Assembly: GCA_965215005.1 (NCBI GenBank)
Contig: CBDCCZ010000023.1
Location: forward strand, 32,001-96,000
From: Kofleriaceae bacterium
GTDB lineage: Bacteria > Myxococcota_A > Polyangia > Haliangiales > Haliangiaceae
Length of the DNA: 64,000 bases
Direction: 5' to 3'
Part shown: piece by piece, positions 9,823 to 19,717 of the stretch
Numbering within the stretch: the stretch's first letter is position 1
How the letters are laid out: each line of letters begins with the position of its first letter
Notes under the pieces: model-generated
Databases searched by the model: none
Seen by the model: only the letters and a program-made list of their open reading frames with translations
What the model was told of the DNA's origin: nothing
Position numbers and translations under genes: made by a program

Positions 9823-10848
9823 GTGTCGATGCGTATGCCTGTAGCCGCTGTGGTTTGGTTGCTTTGGTCAACGCTGCTCCTGCCGATCGGGGCAATCGGC
9901 TGCGTCGTGCAGCCCTTCACGGAGCCGCAACAAACCGGTGTCGATGGCGGGGTGTCGACCTCGGCCGCCGGTGCCCCGCGCTATCGATTGCTCAGTGAAA
10001 CCGGGTTGTATGCCGACCTCGCCAGTGGTGCGCTGGCCGAAGGCGTGGTCGAGTACACGCCTGCCTATCCGCTATGGAGCGATGGCAGCCACAAGCGACG
10101 ATGGATCAAGCTGCCGGCCGGCACCAGCATCGACGCCCGCGACCTCGATCATTGGCGCTTTCCGGTGGGAACCAAGCTGTGGAAGGAGTTTGCCATCGCC
10201 AGCGGCGCCGCGATCGTGCGGGTCGAGACGCGCCTCGTCGAGGTCGTGGGGCCCGGCGATGCGGTGTGGCTCGGCGGCTTCGCCTGGCGCGATGACGGCA
10301 GCGACGCTGAGCTTGCCGCCGACGGCGCCGCCGGCGTCCGCGGAACCGATCACGACGTCCCCGCCATGGACGAGTGCCTTACGTGTCATGCAGGCGAGCC
10401 ATCACGCGTGCTGGGATTCTCGGCGCTCCAGCTGTCCCACGACGGTCCTGGCAATTTCGCGGCGTGGCGCGAGCGGCTCGCGCCCGTTCCACCGCAAAGC
10501 AGCTATCCGGTTCCTGGCGCGGGGCCGGAGCAGCAGGCCCTGGGCTACCTCCACGGCAACTGCGGCCATTGCCATCAGCCAGGTCATGAGAGCGGCATGG
10601 AGCTGCGCGTGCGCGTGACGGATGCGGACGTTGCAGACACCGGCGCGTATCGCACCGCCGTCGATCAGCCACTGTCGACGTGGGCGGTTGGCGGCTTCGA
10701 ACGGCGCATCGCCGCGGGACGTCCCGACGCCAGCGGCGTCGTGGCGCGGATGCATGTGCGCGGTCGCGGGCAGATGCCGCCCGCGTTCACCAAGCGCGTC
10801 GATGCAAGCGGCGCCGCGTTGGTCATCGAGTGGATTCGCGGTTTATGA
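9823..10848 (+). CDS. Diheme c-type cytochrome lipoprotein (SO2930-like)
   Basis: Two CxxCH motifs (CLTCH, CGHCH); LLSETGLY, LWSDG..KRRW, FPVGT..WKEF, VETR, QMPP. Confidence 0.8.
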   Translation: MSMRMPVAAVVWLLWSTLLLPIGAIGCVVQPFTEPQQTGVDGGVSTSAAGAPRYRLLSETGLYADLASGALAEGVVEYTPAYPLWSDGSHKRRWIKLPAGTSIDARDLDHWRFPVGTKLWKEFAIASGAAIVRVETRLVEVVGPGDAVWLGGFAWRDDGSDAELAADGAAGVRGTDHDVPAMDECLTCHAGEPSRVLGFSALQLSHDGPGNFAAWRERLAPVPPQSSYPVPGAGPEQQALGYLHGNCGHCHQPGHESGMELRVRVTDADVADTGAYRTAVDQPLSTWAVGGFERRIAAGRPDASGVVARMHVRGRGQMPPAFTKRVDASGAALVIEWIRGL

Positions 10849-10852
10849 GCGC

Positions 10853-11278
10853 CTAGCTGGCCGCACCAAGCGATTCACAGACGCGCTCATAGCCGGTCCA
10901 CCACGGCGCATCGAGCACGTCTTGGCGATGCAGCCAAGCAGCGGCGCGGGTCTTGAGGAGAAACCGCGAGATCAGCCGCTGGAATGCACGCCGCGAGCAC
11001 ACGCAGGCACGCAGGCCGCACCAAACCCGCACGTGGTCGTCTGCGATGGCGAATCCGGCACCGAAGGGAAGCTCGAGGTGCGTGCCGGATTCGAGCGGCG
11101 CCGCCGCTAGTCGCACGGCGCTATCCCAGCCGCACGCCGATAACAGCGCCCATAGAGGTGCGGCGGCCTCTGGACCACCGGCACGCAACACGCCGTCGCC
11201 GGAACGGACGACGAAACAGATGGAATCGACCGCCGCGTCGGGGAGGCGCGGGCTGACGGGAGTTTCTACGGCAATCAT
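10853..11278 (-). CDS. Hypothetical protein
   Basis: Start overlaps the stop of the upstream PilZ gene (ATGA); no recognisable motif. Confidence 0.45.
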   Translation of the reverse strand: MIAVETPVSPRLPDAAVDSICFVVRSGDGVLRAGGPEAAAPLWALLSACGWDSAVRLAAAPLESGTHLELPFGAGFAIADDHVRVWCGLRACVCSRRAFQRLISRFLLKTRAAAWLHRQDVLDAPWWTGYERVCESLGAAS

Positions 11279-11646
11279 GACGACGCCCCTCGTTGCACTG
11301 GGAGCTCACTGCGCTGGCTCGAGGGGACGGCGCACGTGAAGGTGCGGCGGAGGCGCTCACGAGCGATGAGCCACACCTCCCACGGGCGCAAATCCTCGAA
11401 GCAAACGAACAAGCCCCGGGAGTCGTGCCAGCGCACCACGGCTTCAGGAGCCACGAGCTCGCCCTGGAGCTGAAACCAGATCGAGCAGCGATCATCGATG
11501 CGGGCGCGGACGTCGGTCGTGACGAAGGCGCCGGTCTCAGAAAGACTCGTGATACGCCCCTGCCCTACGCAGACGTCGCCGACGCAGAGTCGCGCCGGAA
11601 TAGACACCGCGGGGTGCGAGGGAATGGGATTGACCAGCGTGCGCAT
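11275..11646 (-). CDS. Stand-alone PilZ-domain protein (degenerate)
   Basis: GRITSLSETGAFV...AVVRW...GLFVCF pattern typical of PilZ barrels. Confidence 0.7.
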   Translation of the reverse strand: MRTLVNPIPSHPAVSIPARLCVGDVCVGQGRITSLSETGAFVTTDVRARIDDRCSIWFQLQGELVAPEAVVRWHDSRGLFVCFEDLRPWEVWLIARERLRRTFTCAVPSSQRSELPVQRGASS

Positions 11647-11660
11647 GAGGTCGGCTGGAG

Positions 11661-11676
11661 TGCACGCTGTGGGCCA
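11661..11676 (-). promoter_or_regulatory. Candidate sigma54 -24/-12 promoter for the PilZ gene
   Basis: Minus strand reads TGGCCCACAGCGTGCA (GG-N10-GC), ending 14 nt before the ATG. Confidence 0.35.
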
Positions 11677-11955
11677 CGCAAAGTGCCATCTCGTTTGCGC
11701 GGAGTCCGGTCCAAATCGCCACGCCTGGCAGGCCAGAAATCCAGCCTTGGCAGTGGAATTGCGAGGTCACTTACGGCCGCTGCAGGGAGTGGGGTATCGG
11801 CGTCCCCAGGTCGCCTGTCCCCTGTTGCTCGCTGTGCGCCTCAGTGGCCAGAGGCGCTTCCACGTAGGATGAGGTGGGATAGCAGGCAGCTCGAATGGCT
11901 AGGCGGGAGTCGCGACGAGGCCGACAGGCCGAGCACCTCGTCGCGGGTTCGCGGA

Positions 11956-13926
11956 TTAGGAAGGCGACGACCTCAAGCTGACCTCGAGCTTACACGCGGC
12001 GGAGCAGCCGTCGCCGGAGGTCATGTTGCCGTCATCGCACTGCTCATCGTTACTCGGCTGAACGACGCCGTCACCGCAGAACGAGCCCATCATCTGGCAA
12101 CCCGGCGCGCAGGAAGAGGCGTCGCCACCGAGGTTGAGCCCATCGTCACAGACCTCGTAGCCGTCATCGACCATGCCGTCACCGCAGAACGGCTCGAGAG
12201 TGCAGTCCATTGCGCAGCCGCCGTACGGCGAGCCATCGCCCATGCCGTTGTTCGCCCCGCTGTCGCAGACCTCCCGTGAAGAGACCACGCCGTCGCCGCA
12301 CGTGTCGCTACAGACGGAAGGCGCGCGATTGAAGTTGGTGAGCGTGAGTCGATACTGCGAGCGGCTGGTGTGCCGCTCTGCCTGGAACACCACCGCCTCG
12401 TAGATTTTGCCTGCAGTCAAACCGAGATCCGCAGCAACCTGCGCGTTCCCCAGATTCACCGAGCCGTTCTCGCGACCATGGACGCCGCCGAGATCGACGG
12501 CTAAACGGCCGTTGATATACACCCACACGTCATCGTCACCAGAGAACGCAAGTATCTCGGTACCGTTGTACTCGAACCAGTAGCGAACCTCCGTCGTGAA
12601 GTGAAAGTTGTTGTCTGCAACATGCGTTTGCTCGCAGGCGACACCGCCGCAATCTTCCGTGACAAATCCCATCCCGTCCATGACGAAGAAGGTGGTGTCA
12701 TCGAGCTGATAAGCACCATTGCCGGTGCTTTGTAGCGTGAGGCGCTGCGCCGAGGTTCGGTTGTAGCGATCGTCTGACCGATACCACTGCGCGAGCGAGG
12801 CGGCCGAGGGCTCGACGCCGCCTTGAATGCGCTCGGGTTTGCCATCGGCATCGAGCGTCGTCCGCACAAGGCCCCGCTGCAGGCCCTTGTTGTAGCACTC
12901 GAAGTCAGGATGGCCGAAGGGAGCGGTCGCGCCCGGCTCGCCCTCCCGCAGGCGTCGATCGGTATTGCCTTCGGTGTTGCAACCGGCGACGAAGTCGCGA
13001 ACGGTCATCGGGATCGACACTTGCGGCGGGTCGGGCAAGCGCATCTCGACACACTCGAATCCCGGCTCGACCGTACAAGTCGGGCTGCAGCCATCACCGG
13101 CGAGCGTATTGCTATCGTCGCATTCTTCCGGCATCCAACGAACCCCATCACCGCACACTGCTTCGCAGTCGCCATTGGCGCATCGCGGCTCGCGTTTGCA
13201 AAACGGTGTACAGCCGTCGCCTACCGCCAAATTCTGGTCATCACACTCTTCAAGCCCCTGCACCACGCCGTCACCGCACACGGTTAGCTCACAGTCAGCA
13301 TTGGCGGCTGGGCAGTAGTAGCCTTCTTCGAGCCTGCAGCTCGAGTCGCAGCCGTCGCCATCGTCGGTATCACCGTCGTCGCACGCCTCTAAACCGGCCA
13401 CGACGCCGTCGCCACACGCGGCGGCCACGCACGCCGTTCCTGCCAAAGGACAGTTCCATCCCGGCTCACGCGCGCACGTGGCGCTGCAGCCATCGCCGCT
13501 ATCGCGGTCGCGGTCATCGCAGGTTTCCGAGCCCTCGATGATCCCGTTGCCGCACAGCGCGATGAGCACGCATTCGTCGCCGGCCGTAGGACATGCGTAG
13601 TCCGTCTCCAGTGCGCACGCAGAACTGCAGCCATCGCCGTCGTCGCCATTGCCGTCATCGCAGGCCTCCTGCCCCGATCTAACGCCGTCACCGCACTGGG
13701 CGGCCGCGGCATCCGAGGGCTCGTCGACGGAAGCATCGGGATCTCCCGGCGTGCGGCCCGCATCCGCCCCTGCCTCGCCCGAAGACGATCCACAACCCAC
13801 CGCCAGCGACAGCAGCAAAGCGAGGACAGCAATCGCCCCACCAGTTGCCGTCCGACCGTCCGCACGAAAGAGTGATACAGCGAGCACCAGCATCCCTTTC
13901 ACTCGCGCAGCGTAACGCCGCAGCAC
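11956..13926 (-). CDS. Secreted/lipoprotein with myxobacterial Cys-rich repeats (DUF4215) and fibro-slime (PA14-like) domain
   Basis: Repeated CGDG...EECDDGN..GDGCS..C units; NFHFTTEVRYWF, FSGDDDVWVYING, DLGGVH, FQAERH. Start uncertain. Confidence 0.9.
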   Translation of the reverse strand: MLRRYAARVKGMLVLAVSLFRADGRTATGGAIAVLALLLSLAVGCGSSSGEAGADAGRTPGDPDASVDEPSDAAAAQCGDGVRSGQEACDDGNGDDGDGCSSACALETDYACPTAGDECVLIALCGNGIIEGSETCDDRDRDSGDGCSATCAREPGWNCPLAGTACVAAACGDGVVAGLEACDDGDTDDGDGCDSSCRLEEGYYCPAANADCELTVCGDGVVQGLEECDDQNLAVGDGCTPFCKREPRCANGDCEAVCGDGVRWMPEECDDSNTLAGDGCSPTCTVEPGFECVEMRLPDPPQVSIPMTVRDFVAGCNTEGNTDRRLREGEPGATAPFGHPDFECYNKGLQRGLVRTTLDADGKPERIQGGVEPSAASLAQWYRSDDRYNRTSAQRLTLQSTGNGAYQLDDTTFFVMDGMGFVTEDCGGVACEQTHVADNNFHFTTEVRYWFEYNGTEILAFSGDDDVWVYINGRLAVDLGGVHGRENGSVNLGNAQVAADLGLTAGKIYEAVVFQAERHTSRSQYRLTLTNFNRAPSVCSDTCGDGVVSSREVCDSGANNGMGDGSPYGGCAMDCTLEPFCGDGMVDDGYEVCDDGLNLGGDASSCAPGCQMMGSFCGDGVVQPSNDEQCDDGNMTSGDGCSAACKLEVSLRSSPS

Positions 13927-14129
13927 TGACGCTGCACCGTACCGCGCGAAACCCTACCAGCATACGCAGAAGCGCTGTTTCTCAGCAATGTAGACATCGA
14001 GCCCCATAGCACGCAGCTCGGTCCAGGTCTGCGCAGCTAGCTCACCAGGCCAGCTTTCTGGCCTCGCGTTCCTCGTCGCAACCCGAAGAAAGGTTCCCCC
14101 CACCGCGAAGCGGATCCTGCCCCACCACC

Positions 14130-14158
14130 TTGACTTACGCCCACCGCCGCGTTACCAC
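14130..14158 (+). promoter_or_regulatory. Candidate sigma70 promoter of tRNA-Met copy 1
   Basis: TTGACT-N17-TACCAC upstream of the tRNA. The second copy has TTGACC-N17-TATTGG at the equivalent place. Confidence 0.45.
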
Positions 14159-14194
14159 TCGTCCTCCTCGCAGCGGCGAGGCTTGAAAACTCGG

Positions 14195-14268
<74 letters not shown>

Positions 14269-14658
14269 CTATTATGAAGAGGCGCCCTCCGGGGCGCCTT
14301 TGCCGCGTCTGGGCGGGATTCGTACGGTGGATCCAGCTGCGAAGCGGCCGGGGCTCTTCTGGCGCTGCTCGATAGCGTGCCGAGGCGCTGCCATCGAGGT
14401 CGGCGCTTCGGGGCGCCATTGGCTGCACACCGCGGGCACGTGATTCGACGACGGTTTCAACTTGGCCATGGCGGTGCGGTCTCGTCATCGGCGCGTTGCG
14501 AGCGCGCAGGAGGAGATCAAGAATCGAATGGCCGAGGCGATCGCCGATTGGTTCTGAAGCGCCAGTGGATCTGAGTGCACGCGTGCGCCCGGGCTCGGGC
14601 GATTGGATGGCGCGGAGGCCGCTCGGGCGAGCAAGCGCTCGCTTGTTAGGATGGCGCC

Positions 14659-14967
14659 ATGAAACAGTTGGTGTTCCTAGGACTGGTCGCCACCATGGGA
14701 TGCGCGGCGAAGGTTGGTGTCGAAAACCGCACGATTCCGACCGATTCGGCGTCGACGTGCGCTGTGCAGTGCGAGAGCATAGGTCTCGAGCTCAGCGCGG
14801 TGGCGCTCATGGCCGAGACCATCGGTTGCATCTGCCAGGCTTCTGCCGCAGAGGCGTCCGAGCAGTCGGCGGCTGTGTCGGCTGGGATGGCGACGATCAT
14901 GATTCAGGCTGCCGAAGAGGCGCAGAAGCAGAATCGGCAGCACCAGCATCAGCATCAGTCGCGGTGA
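14659..14967 (+). CDS. Small Cys-containing lipoprotein
   Basis: MKQLVFLGLVATMGC lipobox; CxxxC...CxC; QH-repeat tail. Confidence 0.7.
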   Translation: MKQLVFLGLVATMGCAAKVGVENRTIPTDSASTCAVQCESIGLELSAVALMAETIGCICQASAAEASEQSAAVSAGMATIMIQAAEEAQKQNRQHQHQHQSR

Positions 14968-15294
14968 GCGGAGTGTAGCCGTGCAACAGCTGGCTCGGAG
15001 CTCGGGCCTCGCGTGCTTCGAGCCAGGATGTCGTCACGGCCGTTTCTGTGCGGGGCGCCCGTCGGGCGCCCATTCGCATCGAGGCGGAGCTCGTCGGCGA
15101 GAATTCGGCTGCGAGCGGCTAGGCTGGACGAGTGGCGCAGTGGCGCCCGCTCGAGGTTCGTTGGCATTGGGCGGCGTTGCTGGCGACGGGGGAGATGGCG
15201 GCGTTGCGGCCGGGATGATCAGATTGGCTGCTGGAGCGGCTGGTGGCCGCTGACGCTGGCCCCGCGGTGGAAGCGGGTGAGCGGCGGGCTCAGG

Positions 15295-16677
15295 CTAATG
15301 CCGATCGGTGCATTCCTCGTCGCCGAATAGCTGAGCCACGGCGGCCCCTACGCAGGAGCCCTGCTCGACCCCATTGTCGATTGCCGCGGGATAGTGAATG
15401 CCGCCGTAGAGGCGGGAGATGGCCGCTTCTCGTGCGAAATCATAGAAGGAGTCGAACTCGCGCGGCTCCATGCCGCGGTCGACGTTGCTGGTGTCGGTGA
15501 AGGACATGGCGCCGAAGAGTGTGGTGAGCGCTTCGGCGGCGGCGCCAGACTGTACCGAGTGGCCGGAGGTGTATTCCGGGAACGGCGGCGTCACCAGCGG
15601 CAGTGGGCCCCAGTTGGGATCGATGTAGTCGTGGATATAGGTGATTGGGCGCAGGAGGTTGTATTCGTACTTGGTCCACCAGCCGGCGATGAATGCATCC
15701 GCTACCGACATGCCGATGCGCGCGTAGGCCTCTGCGGCTACGGCGAGACTGGCGTCGAGGTCGTCGATCACGATGTTGGTGATGGCGATCGAGTGGCCAG
15801 GGGGCGTCGCGGTGTCGCCGGGGTCGTCGGACCAGAACTCTGCAATGGTGCGCTGCTCTGGTGTCAGGTTGTTGACGGCTTTGTAGACCGTTATCGCCTC
15901 TTCATAGAAGTCAGAGCCGGGCTCCGTCGAGAACTCCGGCGGCGGTCCGGGATCGCACTGCGCGCCGCTATCGAGGGCGAACGGACGATTCTGCCCCCAG
16001 TAGGGAAGTAGCGCTCGGCTGAACGCCGGGGGCGTAGGTTCCCACAGGCCCGGTCCTACCGGTGGCGTGTAGTCGGTGGGGAAATTGCGCAGGTAGGCTT
16101 CGTGGCCGCCGTCGCTCTTGGAGTACTCGAAGATGGCGGCGCCGAGGGCGCGGCCCAGGCGTTTGGAGCGCCGCTCGATGCCGCGCGGCGTCCAGCCGTG
16201 GCAATCCTCGAGCTCGTCTTCGAGTGCGTTGATCGCCGCGACGTTGTCTGCTGCTTGCGCGGTCTCGCCGCCATAGAGGCCTCGGGCGACCTCTGCCAGA
16301 GCCGCATTGACGACGAGCGGCCAGCGATAGGCGCGTCCACGAGCCTTCGGCAGCCAATCGAGACCGTTGACCCGTCCCACCAACGAGTCATGGTTGCGCA
16401 GTCCGGGGGCGACGGCTTCATACGCCGTGAGTCCCATGTAGCCGAAGGCGCGCGCGGCGATCGGCGGTGTGAACCCGCTGGTGGTGCGCGTCAGCTCCAC
16501 GGCGAGCTCGAACCAAGCGCGCGGGACAGTGGCATCGTAGGAGGTCGGCGGCGGGAACGGGCGCCAGTGCCTGCCGAATAGCTCGCCGGTGCTCGTCTCA
16601 GTATCGGCGGGCGCCGGTGCCTCGACGCAGGCACTGGCGGTGAGTAGGAGAAGGGCGGTGGTAGTCAAGCGTTTCAC
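15295..16677 (-). CDS. Vanadium-dependent haloperoxidase / PAP2-family lipoprotein
   Basis: KYEYNLLRP, TPPFPEYTSGHS, SRLYGGIHY; GTG start at 16677 with AAGGAG RBS; signal peptide ending ASAC. Confidence 0.88.
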   Translation of the reverse strand: MKRLTTTALLLLTASACVEAPAPADTETSTGELFGRHWRPFPPPTSYDATVPRAWFELAVELTRTTSGFTPPIAARAFGYMGLTAYEAVAPGLRNHDSLVGRVNGLDWLPKARGRAYRWPLVVNAALAEVARGLYGGETAQAADNVAAINALEDELEDCHGWTPRGIERRSKRLGRALGAAIFEYSKSDGGHEAYLRNFPTDYTPPVGPGLWEPTPPAFSRALLPYWGQNRPFALDSGAQCDPGPPPEFSTEPGSDFYEEAITVYKAVNNLTPEQRTIAEFWSDDPGDTATPPGHSIAITNIVIDDLDASLAVAAEAYARIGMSVADAFIAGWWTKYEYNLLRPITYIHDYIDPNWGPLPLVTPPFPEYTSGHSVQSGAAAEALTTLFGAMSFTDTSNVDRGMEPREFDSFYDFAREAAISRLYGGIHYPAAIDNGVEQGSCVGAAVAQLFGDEECTDRH

Positions 16678-16955
16678 GAGTGCTGCTCCTTGAACTGGGG
16701 CCAGGCTCCGATAACCAACGAGGATTGCTGGTGCGGCCTCTCGCGGCTCCGGGTCTTCCCGTCGTAAGAGCAAGAGCTGAACCAGTGGGCAGCACCACGA
16801 AAATCACAAGGTTAGACAGGCGAATGGTTTCCGCTTCATTCGATTTCGGGAAGCCCGTCTACGAAATTCGGTGGTCTTGACACGGTCGCGCACCTCGTCG
16901 GTAGGGCGCGGCCGGCTCAGGAGTTGCCCATGCGCAAACGACGCGGCTCCGTCGT

Positions 16956-17621
16956 GTGAAGCTCGACGCCATGATCGATCTCAGCCACACGATCGCCGAC
17001 GGCGTGGTGACCTACCGCGGGTTGCCGGCGCCGACCATCTGTGACTTCCTCTCGCGCGATGCGTCGCGACAGCACTACGAAGCGGGCACCGAGTTCCACA
17101 TCGGGCGCATCGACATGGTGGCCAACACCGGCACCTATCTCGACGCACCATTTCACCGCTTCGCCGGCGGTGACGACATCGCGGCGCTGGCGCTCGGCCA
17201 GCTCGCCGACCTGCCCGGCGTGCGCGTTTCGTGGCAGCTGGGCTCCGGGCGCGCCGTGGACGCCGACGTGTTCGCGGGGCTCGACGTTCGCGGCAAAGCC
17301 GTTCTCGTGCAGACCGGCTGGTCCGCTCACTGGGGCAGCGAGCGATACTTCGAAGGGCACCCGTTGTTGACCGCGGCTGCTGCGAGCGCCCTGGTCGACG
17401 GCGGCGCCGCCCTAATCGGCATCGACTCCCTCAACATCGATGACACCTCCGGCGGCACGCGCCCGGTGCACACGGAGCTCCTCGGCGCCGGCATCCCGAT
17501 CGTCGAGCACCTGTGCGCGCTCGAGCGCTTGCCAGCGCAGTTTCGTTTCTTTGCAGTGCCGCCGAAGGTACGCGGCATGGTTCTCACCGTCGCCCGCGCG
17601 CCGTCGTTGGCCTGGTTTTGA
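16956..17621 (+). CDS. Cyclase-family metal hydrolase (kynurenine formamidase-like), C-terminus possibly altered
   Basis: IDLSHTI, NTGTYLDAPFH, VLVQTGW, GIDSLNID, HTELLGAGIPIVEHL. Confidence 0.85.
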   Translation: MKLDAMIDLSHTIADGVVTYRGLPAPTICDFLSRDASRQHYEAGTEFHIGRIDMVANTGTYLDAPFHRFAGGDDIAALALGQLADLPGVRVSWQLGSGRAVDADVFAGLDVRGKAVLVQTGWSAHWGSERYFEGHPLLTAAAASALVDGGAALIGIDSLNIDDTSGGTRPVHTELLGAGIPIVEHLCALERLPAQFRFFAVPPKVRGMVLTVARAPSLAWF

Positions 17622-18351
17622 CCGCGGCGGCGATGCCCGCGACGAGAACAATCGTTCCTCGCCCCACCGTGCAGGCGAACAGAGTCGCAGGATAGGCGGG
17701 AGAGGATGTTCCTGCGAGAACGTTTGGAGGGCGCTCGCAGGTCACGATGCAAACGTCACACGGTCGTCGCGTCTTCGACAACCTCGCCGAGGGAGTCGCC
17801 GGTGAGTCTAAGGTCGGCCTCACCTCGTTGAGGTCGAGTGTCAGTCGCTAAATCGCGCAAGACGCCGAGTTGTTGAGTAGTGGACGGGTAGCGGGCGTCG
17901 AGTGGCACGTTTTCCAGGACCGAGCAGGCGTGGGGCCGATGGCTCCGCTCCGTAAGGCTCTCGAAGATGTCGGAATCAGCATCGTGATCCACTGAGGTGG
18001 TTGCAGAATGACGAATGCAGATACTCCTTACCCCCTATTTATTCCTCCGGGCGATCTTGCACAGAGGACACCGCCAGAATGGTCGCGGGTGGAGGCTTAT
18101 TAGACACACGCAGTAGGCATTGGACACTCGGATTGGCTCATACCCGCCAAACGACAACTGTGCTGGCAGGTAGGGCGACGTAGGCAATTACTAGAAACTT
18201 GTCCATTGTGTCGTCTGGTGGTTCCGTGCTGGCGATGGGAGAACTCCGGGATACTCGGTCCGCCGTGTGGGCTGGCAACGTGCGATCTCGTGTCAGAGCG
18301 CCACGCCATGACGAGGTGGCGCACGAGCTCGACCAATCGGCGCGGCTCGGA

Positions 18352-19386
18352 ATGGCATCGACGGTGCACCACACGCTCTCGCCTATGTTGCCCGCTACCG
18401 AGGACGTTACCCAGACTCTCACGCGCTCGCATATTGGCCCTTATCGACTCCTGTCGGTGCTAGGCGAAGGAGGCACGGCGCGCGTGTATGAAGCGGAGCA
18501 CACCATCATTGGCAAGCGCGTCGCGATCAAGACATTGTTGCCAGCGCTCGCGGATCGCTTCGAAGCGCAGGCGCGTTTTGCACAAGAAGCACGCATCGCT
18601 TGCAGCGTGCGAGCCCCAGGCGTCGTTGAAGTCTTCGATTTTGCGCACGACGACGACGAGCGTCCCTACTGCGTCATGGAACGACTCGAAGGCATGTCGC
18701 TTGCCGAGCACCTGCGCCGCGCTCCGCTGCCGCTATCGCACAGCCTCGAGCTCGCGATCCAGCTCGCCGATGCCTTGAGCGCGGTGCACGCGGCAGGATA
18801 TCTACATCGCGACATCAAAGCAGAGAACGTCGTCATCTCGAACACTTCGCAAGAAGGGCTGCGAGCCACCATCGTCGACTTTGGGATCGCCAAGCGACTA
18901 TCTGCAAGTGGCGAAGATGGTGCCGTCGTCGGGACTCCTCGAACGATGTCGCCCGAGCAGATCGCCCGCGACCCGATCGATGAGCGCACCGATATCTGGG
19001 GCCTGGGCGTGTTGCTCTACGAAATGCTCACCGGCCGTTTGCCGTTCCCTTCGGGCGAGACCATTCGCGAAGACTTCATCGCAATCCTGCTCGAGACGCC
19101 CTCCCCACTCGACTACAGCGTTCCTGCCGACGTTCGCAGCATCGTTCACGCATGTCTCTGCAAGGATCCCGAGGGACGACCCGCATCAGCGGCTGCTCTA
19201 GGGGAACTCCTGCGCAGAGCACGCAGCGCTCATTTGGATCGTTGCGAGCGCCTCACCCGTTCGCTGCATAGCAGCTTGCAGGCCGCAGCTGCCTGCGTAG
19301 AGCTCGACGCCAGCATCGACGACGACGACGACGAGCGCACCTTGGTCGACGACGCAACGCAACTTCGCCAGTTTGCGGCTGCGTAG
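18352..19386 (+). CDS. Ser/Thr protein kinase (start uncertain; ORF open from 18199)
   Basis: LGEGGTARVY, VAIK, HRDIKAEN, DFG, GTPRTMSPE, DIWGLG. Confidence 0.88.
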   Translation: MASTVHHTLSPMLPATEDVTQTLTRSHIGPYRLLSVLGEGGTARVYEAEHTIIGKRVAIKTLLPALADRFEAQARFAQEARIACSVRAPGVVEVFDFAHDDDERPYCVMERLEGMSLAEHLRRAPLPLSHSLELAIQLADALSAVHAAGYLHRDIKAENVVISNTSQEGLRATIVDFGIAKRLSASGEDGAVVGTPRTMSPEQIARDPIDERTDIWGLGVLLYEMLTGRLPFPSGETIREDFIAILLETPSPLDYSVPADVRSIVHACLCKDPEGRPASAAALGELLRRARSAHLDRCERLTRSLHSSLQAAAACVELDASIDDDDDERTLVDDATQLRQFAAA

Positions 19387-19423
19387 CGTTTTCGCGGCCG
19401 AATCTCGCAGCTATAGTCCCGCC

Positions 19424-19702
19424 ATGAAGACACTTCTGATCTCGCTCAGCTTGCTGTTTCTTAGCGCCTGCGGCGGCAAAGAAGCAGATGACGCCACCAC
19501 CCCCGAGTCCGAGGCGACCGAGAACCCGGAGGAGCTGTTGCCCAGCGCTGCGCCAGAGGGCACCTCGATGTCTTCGGAGGAGTGCGAAGCCGCCGGCGGG
19601 ACCGTGGTTCCAAGTCCTGGCGGTCCTATCGAGTGCTCCGCCGGCATGACGCAAATCGGCACCGTGCCCCTCGGCATTGAAGGCGCCATCTGCTGCCGTT
19701 AG
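19424..19702 (+). CDS. Small Cys-rich lipoprotein
   Basis: MKTLLISLSLLFLSAC lipobox; ECEAAGG...C...ICC. Confidence 0.7.
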   Translation: MKTLLISLSLLFLSACGGKEADDATTPESEATENPEELLPSAAPEGTSMSSEECEAAGGTVVPSPGGPIECSAGMTQIGTVPLGIEGAICCR

Positions 19703-19717
19703 CAGCAGATGCGTCGC

